Positions 1 to 12,155 of a stretch of DNA of 64,000 nucleotides are shown here, piece after piece. The notes below the pieces were generated by a model. The model was not told the origin of the DNA, made no database searches, and was given only the letters and a program-made list of their open reading frames with translations. The DNA is taken from NCBI GenBank assembly GCA_035084275.1, contig CM068749.1, forward strand, positions 16,864,001 to 16,928,000. Direction: 5' to 3'. This DNA comes from Hydrolagus colliei (lineage: Eukaryota). The position numbers and the translations under genes are program-made. Position 1 is the stretch's first letter; every line of letters begins with the position of its first letter.

Positions 1-56
1 TTTTCATCTCGTTCATAGCCATAATTTCCTACAGTCACATTGTCTATCTGCAGATA
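1..56 (-). CDS. MCOLN2: Mucolipin-2-like TRPML channel, coding exon 3 (runs off window edge)
   Basis: ccag acceptor, then YLQIDNVTVGNYGYERDE; phase 0 matches the previous exon. Confidence 0.8.
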
Positions 57-297
57 CTGGGGGAGGCGGGGAGGGGAATAAAACAGAACACTTATTGAAA
101 TATTTATTGCATCGAAAAATTGAAAAGAAATGAAAGACAAAAAATAACATAATGCAAAATAATATCAGTCCCCTATTCATTGTATTTTTCACAATGTGGT
201 TGCTGAGCTATTGAACATAGATGACCATACTATAGCAAGGTTGCCTCGTACATTTTCATGTCACATCAAGCTTGAGCAGAGTTCTGTTTTAACATAC

Positions 298-465
298 CTG
301 ATCGATTGCATAAAACATGTTATCGTACACATCTTGTTGATTATATACAACAAAGCTGTCCTCTTGATCACCCTGAAATCCTTTAAGGAAGATGTACTTA
401 AACGCCAGTGAGTTCTCTTCTTTAAATGAAGCAACCAGTTGGTTACTCAATCCAAACAAAACCAA
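298..465 (-). CDS. MCOLN2: Mucolipin-2-like, coding exon 2
   Basis: 168 nt, ttcag/gtatg sites; LVLFGLSNQLVASFKEENSLAFKYIFLKG...FYAIDQ. Confidence 0.85.
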
Positions 466-1175
466 CTGAAAGAGAAAATGGATAATATTGAACCATAATT
501 CAAAAGTTTTCATCATCTCATAAGCTTTTACATTAACTTGTGTGCAACCATCCTCATCACAAGTTCTCAGCAAGATTTAACGAACTAATGATGAAGTACA
601 TCACCAGAGGAATTGTACAATGCCATTGTCACCCGCAGCACAAATAATAACGCACTATTTTCATGTTTGTAAATTAGAATTTCATCATAAAGCACAAAAC
701 TCAGTAGGAAGCAATTCAGCACGTCGATGCTGCTCCACCACTTTATTAGTTATTGACAGATCCTTTAATCCCATTTCCCATTCCCTTTCTCGTTAATCAT
801 TAACATTATATTCACCTTGTGTAGCGTTTTATCACATCTTTCAGAGGACGGATCAAAGCGCTTCACAGGACCTTAACGCGAAGTGAAGTGACTCGTTTAT
901 TTGTGGGCAAACACAGTGACCAATTTGCACACAGCTTTGAATTGAATGAGCAATTCTATTTGGAGGACTTTTGGCCAGATGCCATGAGAAACTCCCTTCT
1001 CTTTTTGCCTAGTACCAGGACATCCCTAATGCCTGTATGAATAGAGAGAACGGTCACCTTTGTTAAGCATCTCACCCAAAGGGCAGAGCTCCCCCAACAC
1101 TGCATTGGAGTGTCAACATAATCTGAGAGTAAATAAAAGCTTACACATTGATGATACAAAAGGTATTACAATTAC

Positions 1176-1382
1176 CTGTGCCGTTACCATAACTATTTTC
1201 AAAAGTTGCAAGCAAAGTTTCCAAGGAAATTGGCACCTGGCTCTGTATTTTTCACATGGGTTCATGAAAAAGAACCTTAGGTCTGCTTTCAGTTTGATCT
1301 CTTCGCTGATCATATCTGTGTTTGAAATTGCCGGGCTCGGTGAGTGAACTGGGTCATTCAAATTGAAGCAATTTGCAGGCAT
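1176..1382 (-). CDS. MCOLN2: Mucolipin-2-like, first coding exon
   Basis: Acceptor AG at 1399-1400, ATG at 1382; [36 protein letters not shown] then gtaat. MCOLN2 call rests on synteny and the CEKYRAR motif. Confidence 0.8.
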
Positions 1383-1675
1383 TCTCCCTTCACAATTTCT
1401 GTGAAGCACATCAATTCGGAGCCACTATGATAAGAAAAGATAAAGAAAATCCAGAATTACTCATTATATTCTTGTAGCCAGGAGTTAATAAAATCAGGCT
1501 GTTTAAATTTAAAGCACAGGTGATCACGGTAAACTGATTTATTCCCATCCTTTTTGAGCTCACTTGCAAGGCTGAATTAGATGCAGTCACTGCTGAAATC
1601 AATTGATCTTTCTCGCTCTTACAGTTGGATATCTTATGGCCAATGGTTACTAGCAAAGGACACAGCAATTTCAGT

Positions 1676-1967
1676 ATAATCATCCTTGCACTTGATATAG
1701 CGCTTTTCACATCTTCTGGACGTCTCACAGAATATACTGTAAAGTGAATTGACTGTATATTTGTGGGTGAAACGCGGCAGCCAATTGCACACGGCAGTGT
1801 CCCACAAACAGTCGAGGATTGAAATGACCAAACAATTATTTTTTGAGGTATTATTATCAGGCGCGTGGAGTAAGGAAACTTGCCCAAGGTTTCGCCCTGC
1901 CTGGAATTGAACCCAGGTCTCTCGCTTGTAAGACCACTACTCTTAACCACTGAGCTACAGGACTCCA
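1676..1967 (-). mobile_element. Full-length tRNA-derived SINE with L2-type tail
   Basis: Reverse strand reads GGAGTCCTGTAGCTCAGTGG head, B box GGTTCAATTCC and tail AAAAGCGCTATATCAAGTGCAAGGATGATTAT. Confidence 0.9.
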
Positions 1968-2262
1968 CTATATAAGTACATATATATCGAGAGAGAGAGA
2001 GGTAGTTTTACAATAAAACAGGTGGCATCAACCTGAATAGGTTTAAGTAAATAATGCAGGACTGATGACTGACTGATACTATCAGTTGATGAGGATGGTG
2101 CTGTGATAAGGGACCACAGAGAAGCTGCAGACAAACAGTGCATATCCAGCTTTGGAGAGAGATTGTACAGTTATATATATATATTTATATATTTACCCCC
2201 TTTTTCTTTAACCCGGCAGTGCGTCCAGGAAGTCAGTTCTCAGCTTGAAGAGAGTGAGTTAC

Positions 2263-2400
2263 CTGCAGACAACTCCAAGCTGTTGCTGGGAGAGGCAGAA
2301 AGTTTGGTGTGGGTCAGTGGGGGGGGGGGGGGGAGAAAGATCTTCTCTCAGACGTTTTTTTTTTCTTTTCTGGTCAGCTGTTCCACAGATCAGAGAGGCT
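2263..2400 (-). other. Candidate non-coding 5' exon of the MCOLN2-like gene
   Basis: Donor CAG|gtaact at 2263/2262; upstream boundary is a guess. Confidence 0.4.
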
Positions 2401-2471
2401 CAGATTGCGGTTAAACTGAAAGCAAAGCTACCCCCCACACCCACTGTGTGAGTGTGAGAGTGAGAGAGAGT

Positions 2472-2600
2472 ATCCCTGATCCCTACCTGTGTGTGTGTCC
2501 CTGATCCCTATCTCTATGTGTGTGTCTGTCCCTGATTCCCTACCTCTGTTTGTCCCTGATTCCCTACCTGTGTGTGTCTGTGTGTGAGACCCTGATCCCA
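2472..2600. repeat. Minisatellite, about 5 variable units of 24-35 bp
   Basis: Repeated tccctgat(t)ccctacc + (tg)n units. Confidence 0.85.
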
Positions 2601-5600
2601 ATTGCCGGCTGCAGGTCCAGCTCTGGTCAATCTCTCTCTTTCTCTCAATCCCAGAGGAACACTGACTGTGAACCTTGTCCACTGAATCACGTGCCCTTTT
2701 GGGTCGCACGAAAAACAGGAACATTGACTGATTTCCCCCCCCCCCCCCCCCGCAGTGTTGTGGAATCAAGTCACACAGGGAAGTGTAATTAAGCTCCAGA
2801 GACTGGGAAACGATAGGGTCCATTGTATTTGTCCTACCCAAATTTGGCCATTATTGCTTCCTCTGAAAATTACAAGGAAACAATTGAAAGCTGTGGCATG
2901 CTGTTTAGGCTTTAAACAGCAATCCTAACAATCCTTGGGTTTGGTTTTGGCACCGTGCCTTAGCCTATGGGGCATCTCAAAAGCACTTCCCAGAAGATAC
3001 TGCAAATTGATTTGACTGTAAATCTTGTGGGGGTGGGTTCAAAATGATAAGGTTTTATTTTCCTTTCGAAATGATACGGTTTGAGGTTTTTTTCCCCTCC
3101 CCCATCAAAAAACTAAAGTAAAAATAAATATTTTACCGAATACCAGTGGAGCGGGAGCTTGGTTGAATTAGTTAGCTCTCTGGCTTTTGGGGGCAAAGAG
3201 ATGCGGGTTTGAAATGACACATTTGGGGGCTGGAGTCCAAATTCAGTCCTTCTGATGCCTGATTGTTCAGCGCCTTGGGATGTCTTTTCGATGTGAAAAG
3301 CGCTTTACCGATGCAATTTTGTTATTCCTGTTCAGAGGGTGTAAAATCGCTAGGTTTGCTATGACACAGTTTCAAAAGAGAAGTGAGTTTCCGTCCGTGT
3401 CCTGGCCCTGTGTTCAATTCCATTTGTCGTTCGCCTCATGCCTACCCCCAACACTCCCTGCCGTCAATCATACCTGATCCCAAACTCCTGCTCAGTGCAA
3501 ATCCCTGACTGTTCAGTGCCTTGGGACATCTGCCCGACATGAAAAGCGCTATACAAATGTAATTTGTTTATTGCTGTTGCCTGCATGTCAGAGTCTGCAG
3601 GCAATCATTATTATAATTGGCGTGATGTCTTTGAGATATGCGATTAAAACTTTTACGTTTTTATTATGTCTTATGCAGTTAATTGTTCACATGATGGAAA
3701 AAAACATATTTTTTTGCAGTTCATTTCCTGGAACAGGATGTTCTGATCAGGCTCAATTGCATTAAAACTAGTAAAATGCAAGAAGCTTGATGAGAACTGT
3801 CAAATCTCTTGGACAGGAAACCAGAATACACTCAAGTGAGAATAGTGAATGAGGTTTTTTTTTGCAATTCAGATTTCAACTTAGGCACAAGCTACAATGT
3901 GTTCCTATACTGTGACAAGTTGAGTTGCATTAAATTTGGTCTCTAATCAAAGGAACAATATTTTGATCATATCAATAAATAAATACTCCAGATTTAAGTA
4001 AACCTGAGGAACAGGTTTACTTTAGGATTATATACACTGAGATAGCCCAATGAGTGAAGGATTGCTGTATAAATATAAGTTGTATCGTGAACTTGTAATT
4101 CAGCAATTGTAGAGTATACAGCAACCCTTCACTCATTGGGCTATCTCAGTGTATATAATCCTAAAGTAAACTTTTTGCACTTTACACAATCATTGCTAAC
4201 TGTCTGGAGTTTTGTACTGTTTGTAATTATTGACCGACATGAAATTATGTTTAATTACAGACTGGTAACAGAAATGCAATACTTTTATACGTACACCCGA
4301 TTAAATATAACAAGAAGAATATGGAGTAAACTACACAAGAGGAGATTACATCAGCAAAAAAAAAAAATCCTCTTTAAAACCTTGTTTCCCTCTAACATAC
4401 AAGTAACATTTGAATTCTGGCTAGATCAGACACTTTACATATATGGCTCTTTGATTTTAAAAATAGAAACCACCATTTAAACAGAGTAAGTAACATGAGC
4501 AATGCTGCTCAAATTGCTCATGGGTGAACAATGTGCAATTTGAGGAACTGGTTGTGGTGAAATTAAACCAATACAAGAAGGTGAATAGAAGAGTTAAAAC
4601 TATCTAAAAATTTAAGTGGACTTAAGCTTCTCTAAAACAAATATTTAATTTTTTTTTAAAGTGTATGAAGAACATTTTATGTAGGTTAAATATGTGGATT
4701 TAGCCACAGAATTAAACAACAATATTTACATTTGATTGTGGGCCTTGAACCCACAGCTTTCTGTCTCAGTGGAGAATGCTGCCAACTGATGTTTGATTGC
4801 ATCTTTCCACAACACTGCAAAGAATACATCTCATCTATGCTGAACAGAATTTGCATTTTTTTTCACAGTACATTTGTACTTGTGTTCTGAAAGCTTTTTT
4901 TAAAAAAAAAAACGCCAAAAAGGACTGGAGCCATTTTCTAACCACATAATTTAATGGCAAACAAGCATTGAAAACAAGTCAGATATCTCACTGGGTTGGT
5001 ATAATTTGACATATAGTCATCTTAGATTGACAGTAAAGATGGGCTGGGGGTTAAAAAAACAGCAATTATGCCAATTATGGGTGAACTTTAAAACAGTATT
5101 TTGACGTATTACAGTGTGTGAGCCCATCCTTACTGGAGTCAGTAAGGATGTGCGCATCACACAAGCACATATTCCCAATTGCTCTTATGATCGTACCTAT
5201 CTTGCTCAGCAGGGAAGCAAGAGGTTTGGGACAAGCTTCAGTAAAACAAAATCTGTTGTCAAGTCAATTTAACATTAACATGACCAGCTATTGGACAGAT
5301 TAGTTTTATCGCATTACTTAGAGGCCTCAGTAAAGCTGCATGCAACATAACGCAGAACCAACGGGTATTCACAGAATGAATGCTTGTATTCTGCCTGTCA
5401 AATGTTCCTGCTTCTCACTCTGTCTATATGGTTCTATTATAAAACAAAGTTCATCAGATAATTACCAAGGAGAGAAAATCCAGAATACAAGATACAATTC
5501 TACATTTGCATTATAGGGTGTAAAACCCTCTTTTGTTTTAAAAAAAACTGCTGTATGATTTCAGTACTGTATATAAAATCTTTGAAACTTAAAAATACCG

Positions 5601-6642
5601 GTAAAGTAATTGTGGGCAGGATATGCGTTCACACTAGGAAGGATAAAGGTTACCTTCTGTGGTGGGCACTACAGTTGGTACACACACGTGTTTCAGCAAC
5701 TGCAATTTCAGTATAAAAATAATCCTTCCTCCATAGATTGGAGGAAATGGACAGTGCTAATAAAATATTACAGCTCCTTGAACAGAACCCATTTAAGAAT
5801 TACATATTCAATTGCAGGAAAGAACAGGTTACAACTAGTATTTCAGGTGACAACTCCAGCCCTAAATTAACAATTCTACTTTAAAAGTGTAATTCAATTT
5901 TGAAGGTTGATACGCAGCTGGTTGATGCAGTTAGGAGCAGGTTTATTGCTTGTACTTCCTCAAATTTTAAAATACTGTAGATCAGAAAGATCGTGACAAA
6001 GATTTTTCATGGTCAAGTAATTCCTGTCTAGAGCCAATCATTACTTTCATATTTAGAAAGACTTCCAAACAGGAGTTGAAAATCCAAAGTTGAGTGAAGC
6101 AAGCAAAATGTTTTCTCAAGAGATCCTTTCGGCTCAGGGAATTAGAAACGGAAGTGGGAAATAAACAGAAGCAGTTTGAATCATTCACAACTTAAAATTA
6201 GCTCAACCCTTCAACAACCCTTCTGTTATTCATTGCATATGCTGTAGTTACACTTGACATGTACCATAGACAGAAAAGTTATGAGAGCTGTAACGGCCGC
6301 CCAATTCGTTTTCCATAGATGGTAGTTTTCCATAGATGAAAGTACTAATATTGGTATGAATTTATGGTGATCTGTAAATATTAATGCTAAGTGACTGAGC
6401 ACAAGGAGGGAAATGGGTGTTTTTTGGTACAACAAGGTGAGTTATTCATAATTTAAAAAGAACATCTGTTAATGACAGTGATATACTGTACTTAAGCTTC
6501 CAAAAATTTTAATTTTAAAAATATGCAACTTTTCCCACTACATTAATTTTGCAAAAAGGATCATTTCAATTTACTTGATGCCCCGTTGCTTATTTCCACA
6601 CACTTTGTGAATTGCAATACATTTTTTAAAAATCAGCACTGT

Positions 6643-6908
6643 AACAACAACAACAACAACAACAACAAAATTGCACTTATATAGCACCTTTCACGCCGGG
6701 AGGTCGTCCCAAAGTGCTGAACAGTCAGGTCAGGACCCGAGCGGGGAGAGGGAGGGTCGGTGTAGGGGGAAGGGGAAGGAGAGAGGGAGAGGGGGAAGAG
6801 TTAGTGGGGCAGCCGAAGGCGCGGTCGAAGAGGAAGACCTTGAGACCGGCCTTGAAGGAGGAAAGGGAGGAAGCAAGGCGGAGGTTGCTGCGGGATGGAG
6901 TTCCACAG
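6643..6908 (-). mobile_element. L2 LINE 3' end
   Basis: ORF2 C-terminus LWNSIP..LRLASSLSSFKAGLKVFLFDRAFG, tail GGTGCTATATAAGTGCAATTT(TGT)n. Confidence 0.85.
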
Positions 6909-7999
6909 TAACATTCTACTTGAACATAGAAATCATTCAAACATGTGGAGAATAATCAATTTCACATCTGGGGATTAAGATCATTTGAGATTCATTTTAC
7001 ATTATTTATGAATCATGAAATAAATCAGTTTGTTAATATAAATCTTTTTAGCACTGGTCCAAGTTTAACTATTTGTTTCAAATCCTTCATTGTTATGGTC
7101 AGGTATACATGAATGAAACATTCAAAGTTACCTGTTGATATTTCGGAATGCATTTAAGTTTATTGTTATACAGTATTCTGAATTCGTAAGATTCGCCATT
7201 TGATGAGTTAAAGGAGTGATACAACTAAAAATGCTATTCCACAGCGAGATGTTTCAGCAACTGATTATGCCTTGAAATTTCATTGCAACATTTTTCAGAA
7301 AATAAATCAACTGGCTTATTGCTCTGTTTAATTTTATTTGATAAACAAACATGCATTTCTTAATTCTGCTACTGGTAAAAACCAGTCTAAAAAGATCAGA
7401 ATAAATAATTTTGACCCAAGCCACAACATATGTAAAAGCCCAACCCGAATATAAAGCTAGTGCAGTGCAATATTAGTCTCAAGCAGAAATGGTATAACAG
7501 TACATGGTTAGTATAAGGAAATGCTTATTCTGTCATCATAGCCAAATATGGCATTACCGTGGACCACACCAGCTTGGTTGACATATCTAGGTTACTTCAC
7601 AGTTGGATTAATACTTGAGAACCACTATTTATCCTCAGCGCAGGTTTGTTATCCAGTTCAAATTAGAGCATGTGACAGCAAGCACTTCAAATGCTTCATT
7701 TCCACAAGGAAGGAAGACAAACAAATGTTTCAAACAGTACAAGAAGTCAAGATTTCCTTCTCCCATTCAGTTGCACGGCCCACTTTCCATTTTGTTGAAC
7801 CTATAAAAACAATAAATCTTTGTCAGTTTCATTCAAATGCACCAATTATATTTCAATGCTTCAAAACTATAGAAACATTTTCCATTGTAAACATTGATGT
7901 CATTAAAATGTAATGAGTTTCAGCTTATGATTTAAAAAATTATATTAGATATCCTTGCATTAGAAACCATTGTTTAATAAAAGATATATGCAACTCAGC

Positions 8000-8155
8000 C
8001 TATACATTAATTCCAGACACTGACCCATTACAACAGCAATAGAGAGATATAGGCACATCTTCCTGTAGTCTGAATCTGCCAGAATCTGGTAGATCTTTGC
8101 ATTCTCCCATAAAAGTATGTAAATCAGACTGTGGAAAGCCATCACGTTGGTAAAG
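8000..8155 (-). CDS. MCOLN3: Mucolipin-3, coding exon 12 (terminal)
   Basis: LYQRDGFPQSDLHTFMGECKDLPDSGRFRLQEDVPISLYCCCNGSVSGINV*; TAG at 8000-8002; possible internal donor at 8025. Confidence 0.85.
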   Translation of the reverse strand, partial: LYQRDGFPQSDLHTFMGECKDLPDSGRFRLQEDVPISLYCCCNGSVSGINV

Positions 8156-8569
8156 CTGAAATAAACAAAATCACAGAAGTGTTGTTCAATAATCTAGTAA
8201 AGATTACTGAACAAATCTGATGGTTTTAAGTACAATGTTCCCATCAATTTCACCAGAAATTATTTTACCAGAAATTTTATTATTTCAGAATAAAACTGCA
8301 ATCATACTACAGTACAACAACATAATTGCTCTATACTACACAAGCAAACAAATTTTAAAAGGTGTTTTAAAATGGTAGATTTGCAAAGTGCCACGTTTAA
8401 ACATGTAGACGGTTTAGAACATGAAGAATAATTTGTTAAGCATAATGAACTGCTATATCCAAAATGTCAATATACCTGCAGAGTTTGTAAAGGCCCTAGA
8501 ATAATGGTTGATATCAGAACACTTAAAAAAAAACTAGTATCACATTGGAATAAGGTGATAAGTATTTAC

Positions 8570-8776
8570 CTTTATAGTTTCATATGCGTCAGTGATGAGA
8601 GCAATAAAGAGGCTCAAAACCATATAAATAAAGAGACTGATGAAGGTGGACAGGTAGATCCTACTGAACAGCCACACAAGGTAGTTTTTATCTTGCATTG
8701 CTGCAAATGTTGCAAACATGTCATCTCCATTGATTAGAGAGAAAAGACATTCGGAGACCACATTCAGAGAGCGAAA
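8570..8776 (-). CDS. MCOLN3: Mucolipin-3, coding exon 11 (pore and S6)
   Basis: 207 nt; [24 protein letters not shown]...AYETIK, selectivity filter NGDD. Confidence 0.97.
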
Positions 8777-9116
8777 CTGGAGTAAAAGAGTTGCATTTTA
8801 ATTAACATTAGCAGAACTGTTCAAATATTTTAAACAAATCAAATAAAAGTTTTATTGCAGACAGTTTATAATGATCTGCACTTTTATACTGGAGTTCCAG
8901 AATCTGATTTGATGTTTTCATGCTTCTCTAAAATCTTGTGAGTACAGAAAACATCTTAACTATCTAATGCGATGAACGCTCAATGAGCAGGTACAGACAA
9001 AATTAAAACCCCTTTATTTACTTACACTGAACAACCACACTAAGACACATGCACTTTTATTTCCAATTCCCAAATACAACATGGGGTACTGAAAGAACAG
9101 TTATGTATTGGTGTAC

Positions 9117-9239
9117 CTTTTCATGGTAAGGTCCTAATACGATCCATCCACAGAAACAGTAACCCAAATAAATCATAGCTGCACAGCAGCAAAATCGAAT
9201 GACGTTAGGAAAAGCTGCTCGAAGTGTTAATATAAGCAC
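9117..9239 (-). CDS. MCOLN3: Mucolipin-3, coding exon 10 (S5)
   Basis: 123 nt; [41 protein letters not shown]; Ala419 conserved; AAG acceptor. Confidence 0.97.
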
Positions 9240-9347
9240 CTTTAACAAAAATTGTGAAAAGTTATTTCATGAATTAAATACAACAAGTGTTTAAGATAAA
9301 ATAAAAAAGACCAGACGAGCAGTACGGAGTTCCTTTGTATGTCTTAC

Positions 9348-9449
9348 ATTGTACTTTTCGAAAAAGCCTAAGTAGCGGATGACTCCAACCCAAACAAGCA
9401 AAGTTGATGTCCCCAGCAATATACTGCAAACGTCATAAGACACAAGACT
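9348..9449 (-). CDS. MCOLN3: Mucolipin-3, coding exon 9
   Basis: 102 nt; [34 protein letters not shown]. Confidence 0.97.
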
Positions 9450-9888
9450 CTGCAAGAAAGGAAAATTAGTCTTAATCTCATTTAGAACATTTGATTCTAT
9501 GGAAGAATTTACAGCTTTGTAAATAAGTGAAACAATCCACACATTTACCAATCGCAAGACATACGACCACACTTACATAGTGGTTGTATGCAATTGACAC
9601 AATTTCATTCTCTCATGCAATTTTTGAACAATGATGCCTCTGGTCCAGGGAAGGGATGATTAACAGTTCATATTAGCTCAATGGTTTAATTTCAAGTATG
9701 GTTTCTAGATTATGTTTTGCACAAGTATACTATTTGTAGGAGTGTTTGTTAAGAATATTAAAGCAATCCCCTCTTTGAACTCGCTAAAAATATATTTATT
9801 TAAATTAGCAGTAGATTTGCTCCCCCACCACCCCCGCAGATTCACCTACAATATTAGTTCATTGTTCACCAATATTATGTGGACTCAC

Positions 9889-10038
9889 CTTTGCCTCTAT
9901 TTCTATTTTTAGTACGGATCCAGTAATTGTCAACAAGTCACTAATGATGATCAAAATGTACCAGCCATTCACAAATTCCATCCGTTCAGACCAGGTCACA
10001 TTCTTATTGTAACGGAGGACGAAAAAGTAAGCAAACTC
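9889..10038 (-). CDS. MCOLN3: Mucolipin-3, coding exon 8
   Basis: 150 nt; EFAYFFVLRYNKNVTWSERMEFVNGWYILIIISDLLTITGSVLKIEIEAK. Confidence 0.95.
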
Positions 10039-10137
10039 CTGAAAAGTGGTAAAAGTTAGAAATAAACAAAAAAAGTTACTGGTAAATTTACTTAATCCAC
10101 ATCACTAGTCATTAAATACATTTAGTACCATACATAC

Positions 10138-10250
10138 TTGTTGCAGCTTTATTCCCTTGATAACAGAACGGGTGCAGAGAATTAGTGATGTCAAACAAAC
10201 CAGAATGATAAAGGCATCAAAGATCATCATATAGTTACTTTTCCTTTGTG
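10138..10250 (-). CDS. MCOLN3: Mucolipin-3, coding exon 7
   Basis: 113 nt; QRKSNYMMIFDAFIILVCLTSLILCTRSVIKGIKLQQ; AAG acceptor. Confidence 0.93.
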
Positions 10251-10794
10251 CTTGGGACGGGAAAGGGAAAGAAAATAAAAAGTTATTAGCAATGCAGGAC
10301 AAAAGTAGACTCTACCGGTAATCAGTCCACATTTTACAAAAGCTCCCATGCACCATCTAGTGGACAAACAAAAGTACTTTAGATTAAATCACTATGTATA
10401 AACTCAATAATGTCAAAAGAACAATTCCCAAAACGTAGGAAATCACATGCGGGGAGGAGGAAAGAAGGGCAATAAAGATAAATCAATTCAGGTCAAATAA
10501 AGAGGTGCACAGGAGTCAAATAAAAACTCAATGGTCCCTCTACCATAACACATACATTTCCCCCCTTGAAAGACTTGTGTTACCATACAACGGAGTTACA
10601 TCAAAACTGTGAGGTTGAATCTTTGTTATGACACAGATACCAATTCTGAACAGCCAGTTAAAGAAAATTTCAAGCTGTAAAACTGAAACACTACATACGA
10701 TAACGTCCAAAAAAAACAGGCCTAGAGTAGATGGTGCAGTGTGCTTATTGTACTCTTTAATCTCCCAATTCAAGACAGACAGAAAAATACTTAC

Positions 10795-10894
10795 CAGCTC
10801 CAGCTATGTGCCAGCCTCGACATTCCCTTATGGAAACACCATTGTCCAAATTGATTTCAATTCTTCCACTGTGTGCTTTATTGTCAAATGTAAT
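10795..10894 (-). CDS. MCOLN3: Mucolipin-3, coding exon 6
   Basis: 100 nt; ITFDNKAHSGRIEINLDNGVSIRECRGWHIAGA. Confidence 0.95.
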
Positions 10895-11033
10895 CTAAGG
10901 AAACAAAAATACTAACTCGTGCAAATCCGGAGATCCAAACTAAATCCAATTCTGTGAGCACTAATTTACAAACCGAGATTTCAACTCCACTATTAATAAT
11001 CCTTTACCCATGCAAGAAATCTTACCCATTTAC

Positions 11034-11130
11034 CATAATGCTAAAATCATAACAGTCTGGTAGTTCATGGCGACGGATTGTTTGCAGGTTGATCGCCTTC
11101 AGCTTAAATCCAACTTGCACCATCAAGAGC
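11034..11130 (-). CDS. MCOLN3: Mucolipin-3, coding exon 5
   Basis: 97 nt; LLMVQVGFKLKAINLQTIRRHELPDCYDFSIM. Confidence 0.95.
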
Positions 11131-11239
11131 CTACAAGCATATGTAAAAAAGCACCACGTTTAACCCCCCCACCCAAACTTAAGATCCAAATACAAAGTTT
11201 ATTTCAAAAGTCATCACATTTCTTTTTTAAAAAAAGCAC

Positions 11240-11321
11240 CTGTGGAAGTCCAGTGTCAAATTCAACTCCTCATTCAAAGAACTGTTATGCATGGGCACCA
11301 ATGGCACAATATTAAAGCAAT
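11240..11321 (-). CDS. MCOLN3: Mucolipin-3, coding exon 4
   Basis: 82 nt; DCFNIVPLVPMHNSSLNEELNLTLDFHR; phases 1 and 2 fit the neighbours. Confidence 0.92.
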
Positions 11322-11363
11322 CTGTTACGAAAGAACACATTACATCAATTAATCAATTAATCA

Positions 11364-11565
11364 CCCCCTCCCTGGCCTTCTTCAAATCGCGCCTCAAATT
11401 GCATCCTCTTCGACAGTCTCATTGGTCACCCCAAATCCCCCCCTTTCCCTCCACCTTCCCCATCCCCGTCCCCAGCTTGGGTCTGAAACATTGGCTGTCT
11501 GGCGCATTGACTGTCCAGCATCCTCTTGAAGTGAGAGGCGCTGTACAAGTGTAATTTTGTTGTTG
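11364..11565 (+). mobile_element. L2 LINE 3' end
   Basis: SLAFFKSRLKLH-like ORF2 end, pyrimidine-rich UTR, tail GGCGCTGTACAAGTGTAATTTTGTTGTTG. Confidence 0.7.
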
Positions 11566-12155
11566 TAAAAGTATTGCATTGGTAGGAACATTTTGGATTA
11601 TTTTCATTTCTACAAGGAGCACAAAAAGTGGCAAAAGGCAAATAAATTGGAAATCTTTAAGCAAATATGCGCTCTGAGACGCCATCCGGCGTGGAGGGCG
11701 CTATATAATTCGAAGTTGTTGTTGTAATTAAAGAGGGTGAATGCATTTAATAAAATACTTTTAAAGCTCATGGAACTAACGACAAATTAGTTGGTTGGAT
11801 TGAAAACTCATTTAGCTTATATACAGCAGACGCCTTGGGACGTCCTCTCAATGTGAAAGGCACTATATAAATGTAAGTTTTGATTGATTGAAGTTGACAA
11901 TGAATTTAGAAGGGTAGAAGCCGAGTAGAATAATTTGGTTTTATCCACATGAATCTATTCCTATTTATATATAGTGTAAACAATGCAGGTTATAATTACA
12001 GAAAATTACTGTTAAATCCACAAAATGTTAGCTGCAGGAAAGACTACTTTGAGGGTCTGTGCAGAGGGGAGACAAGAACAGAACTCCAATTTGCAAGGAC
12101 ATCAAACCATTACTCCCCAAATTCTATACACACAAATACATGCTTGGTTACCTAC

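Noticed and set aside
1411-1968. 185-aa ORF on the minus strand
   Set aside because: Reads through a SINE; similar pseudo-peptides recur wherever the SINE occurs
2428-2841. 137-aa ORF with repeated GRESGT
   Set aside because: Translation of the minisatellite and a poly-C tract
6671-6955. Overlapping Gly/Arg/Glu-rich ORFs
   Set aside because: L2 3' end read in several frames
9239-10252. Two AAG acceptors in MCOLN3
   Set aside because: Uncommon but canonical; exon sizes and frames fit, so no sign of pseudogenisation
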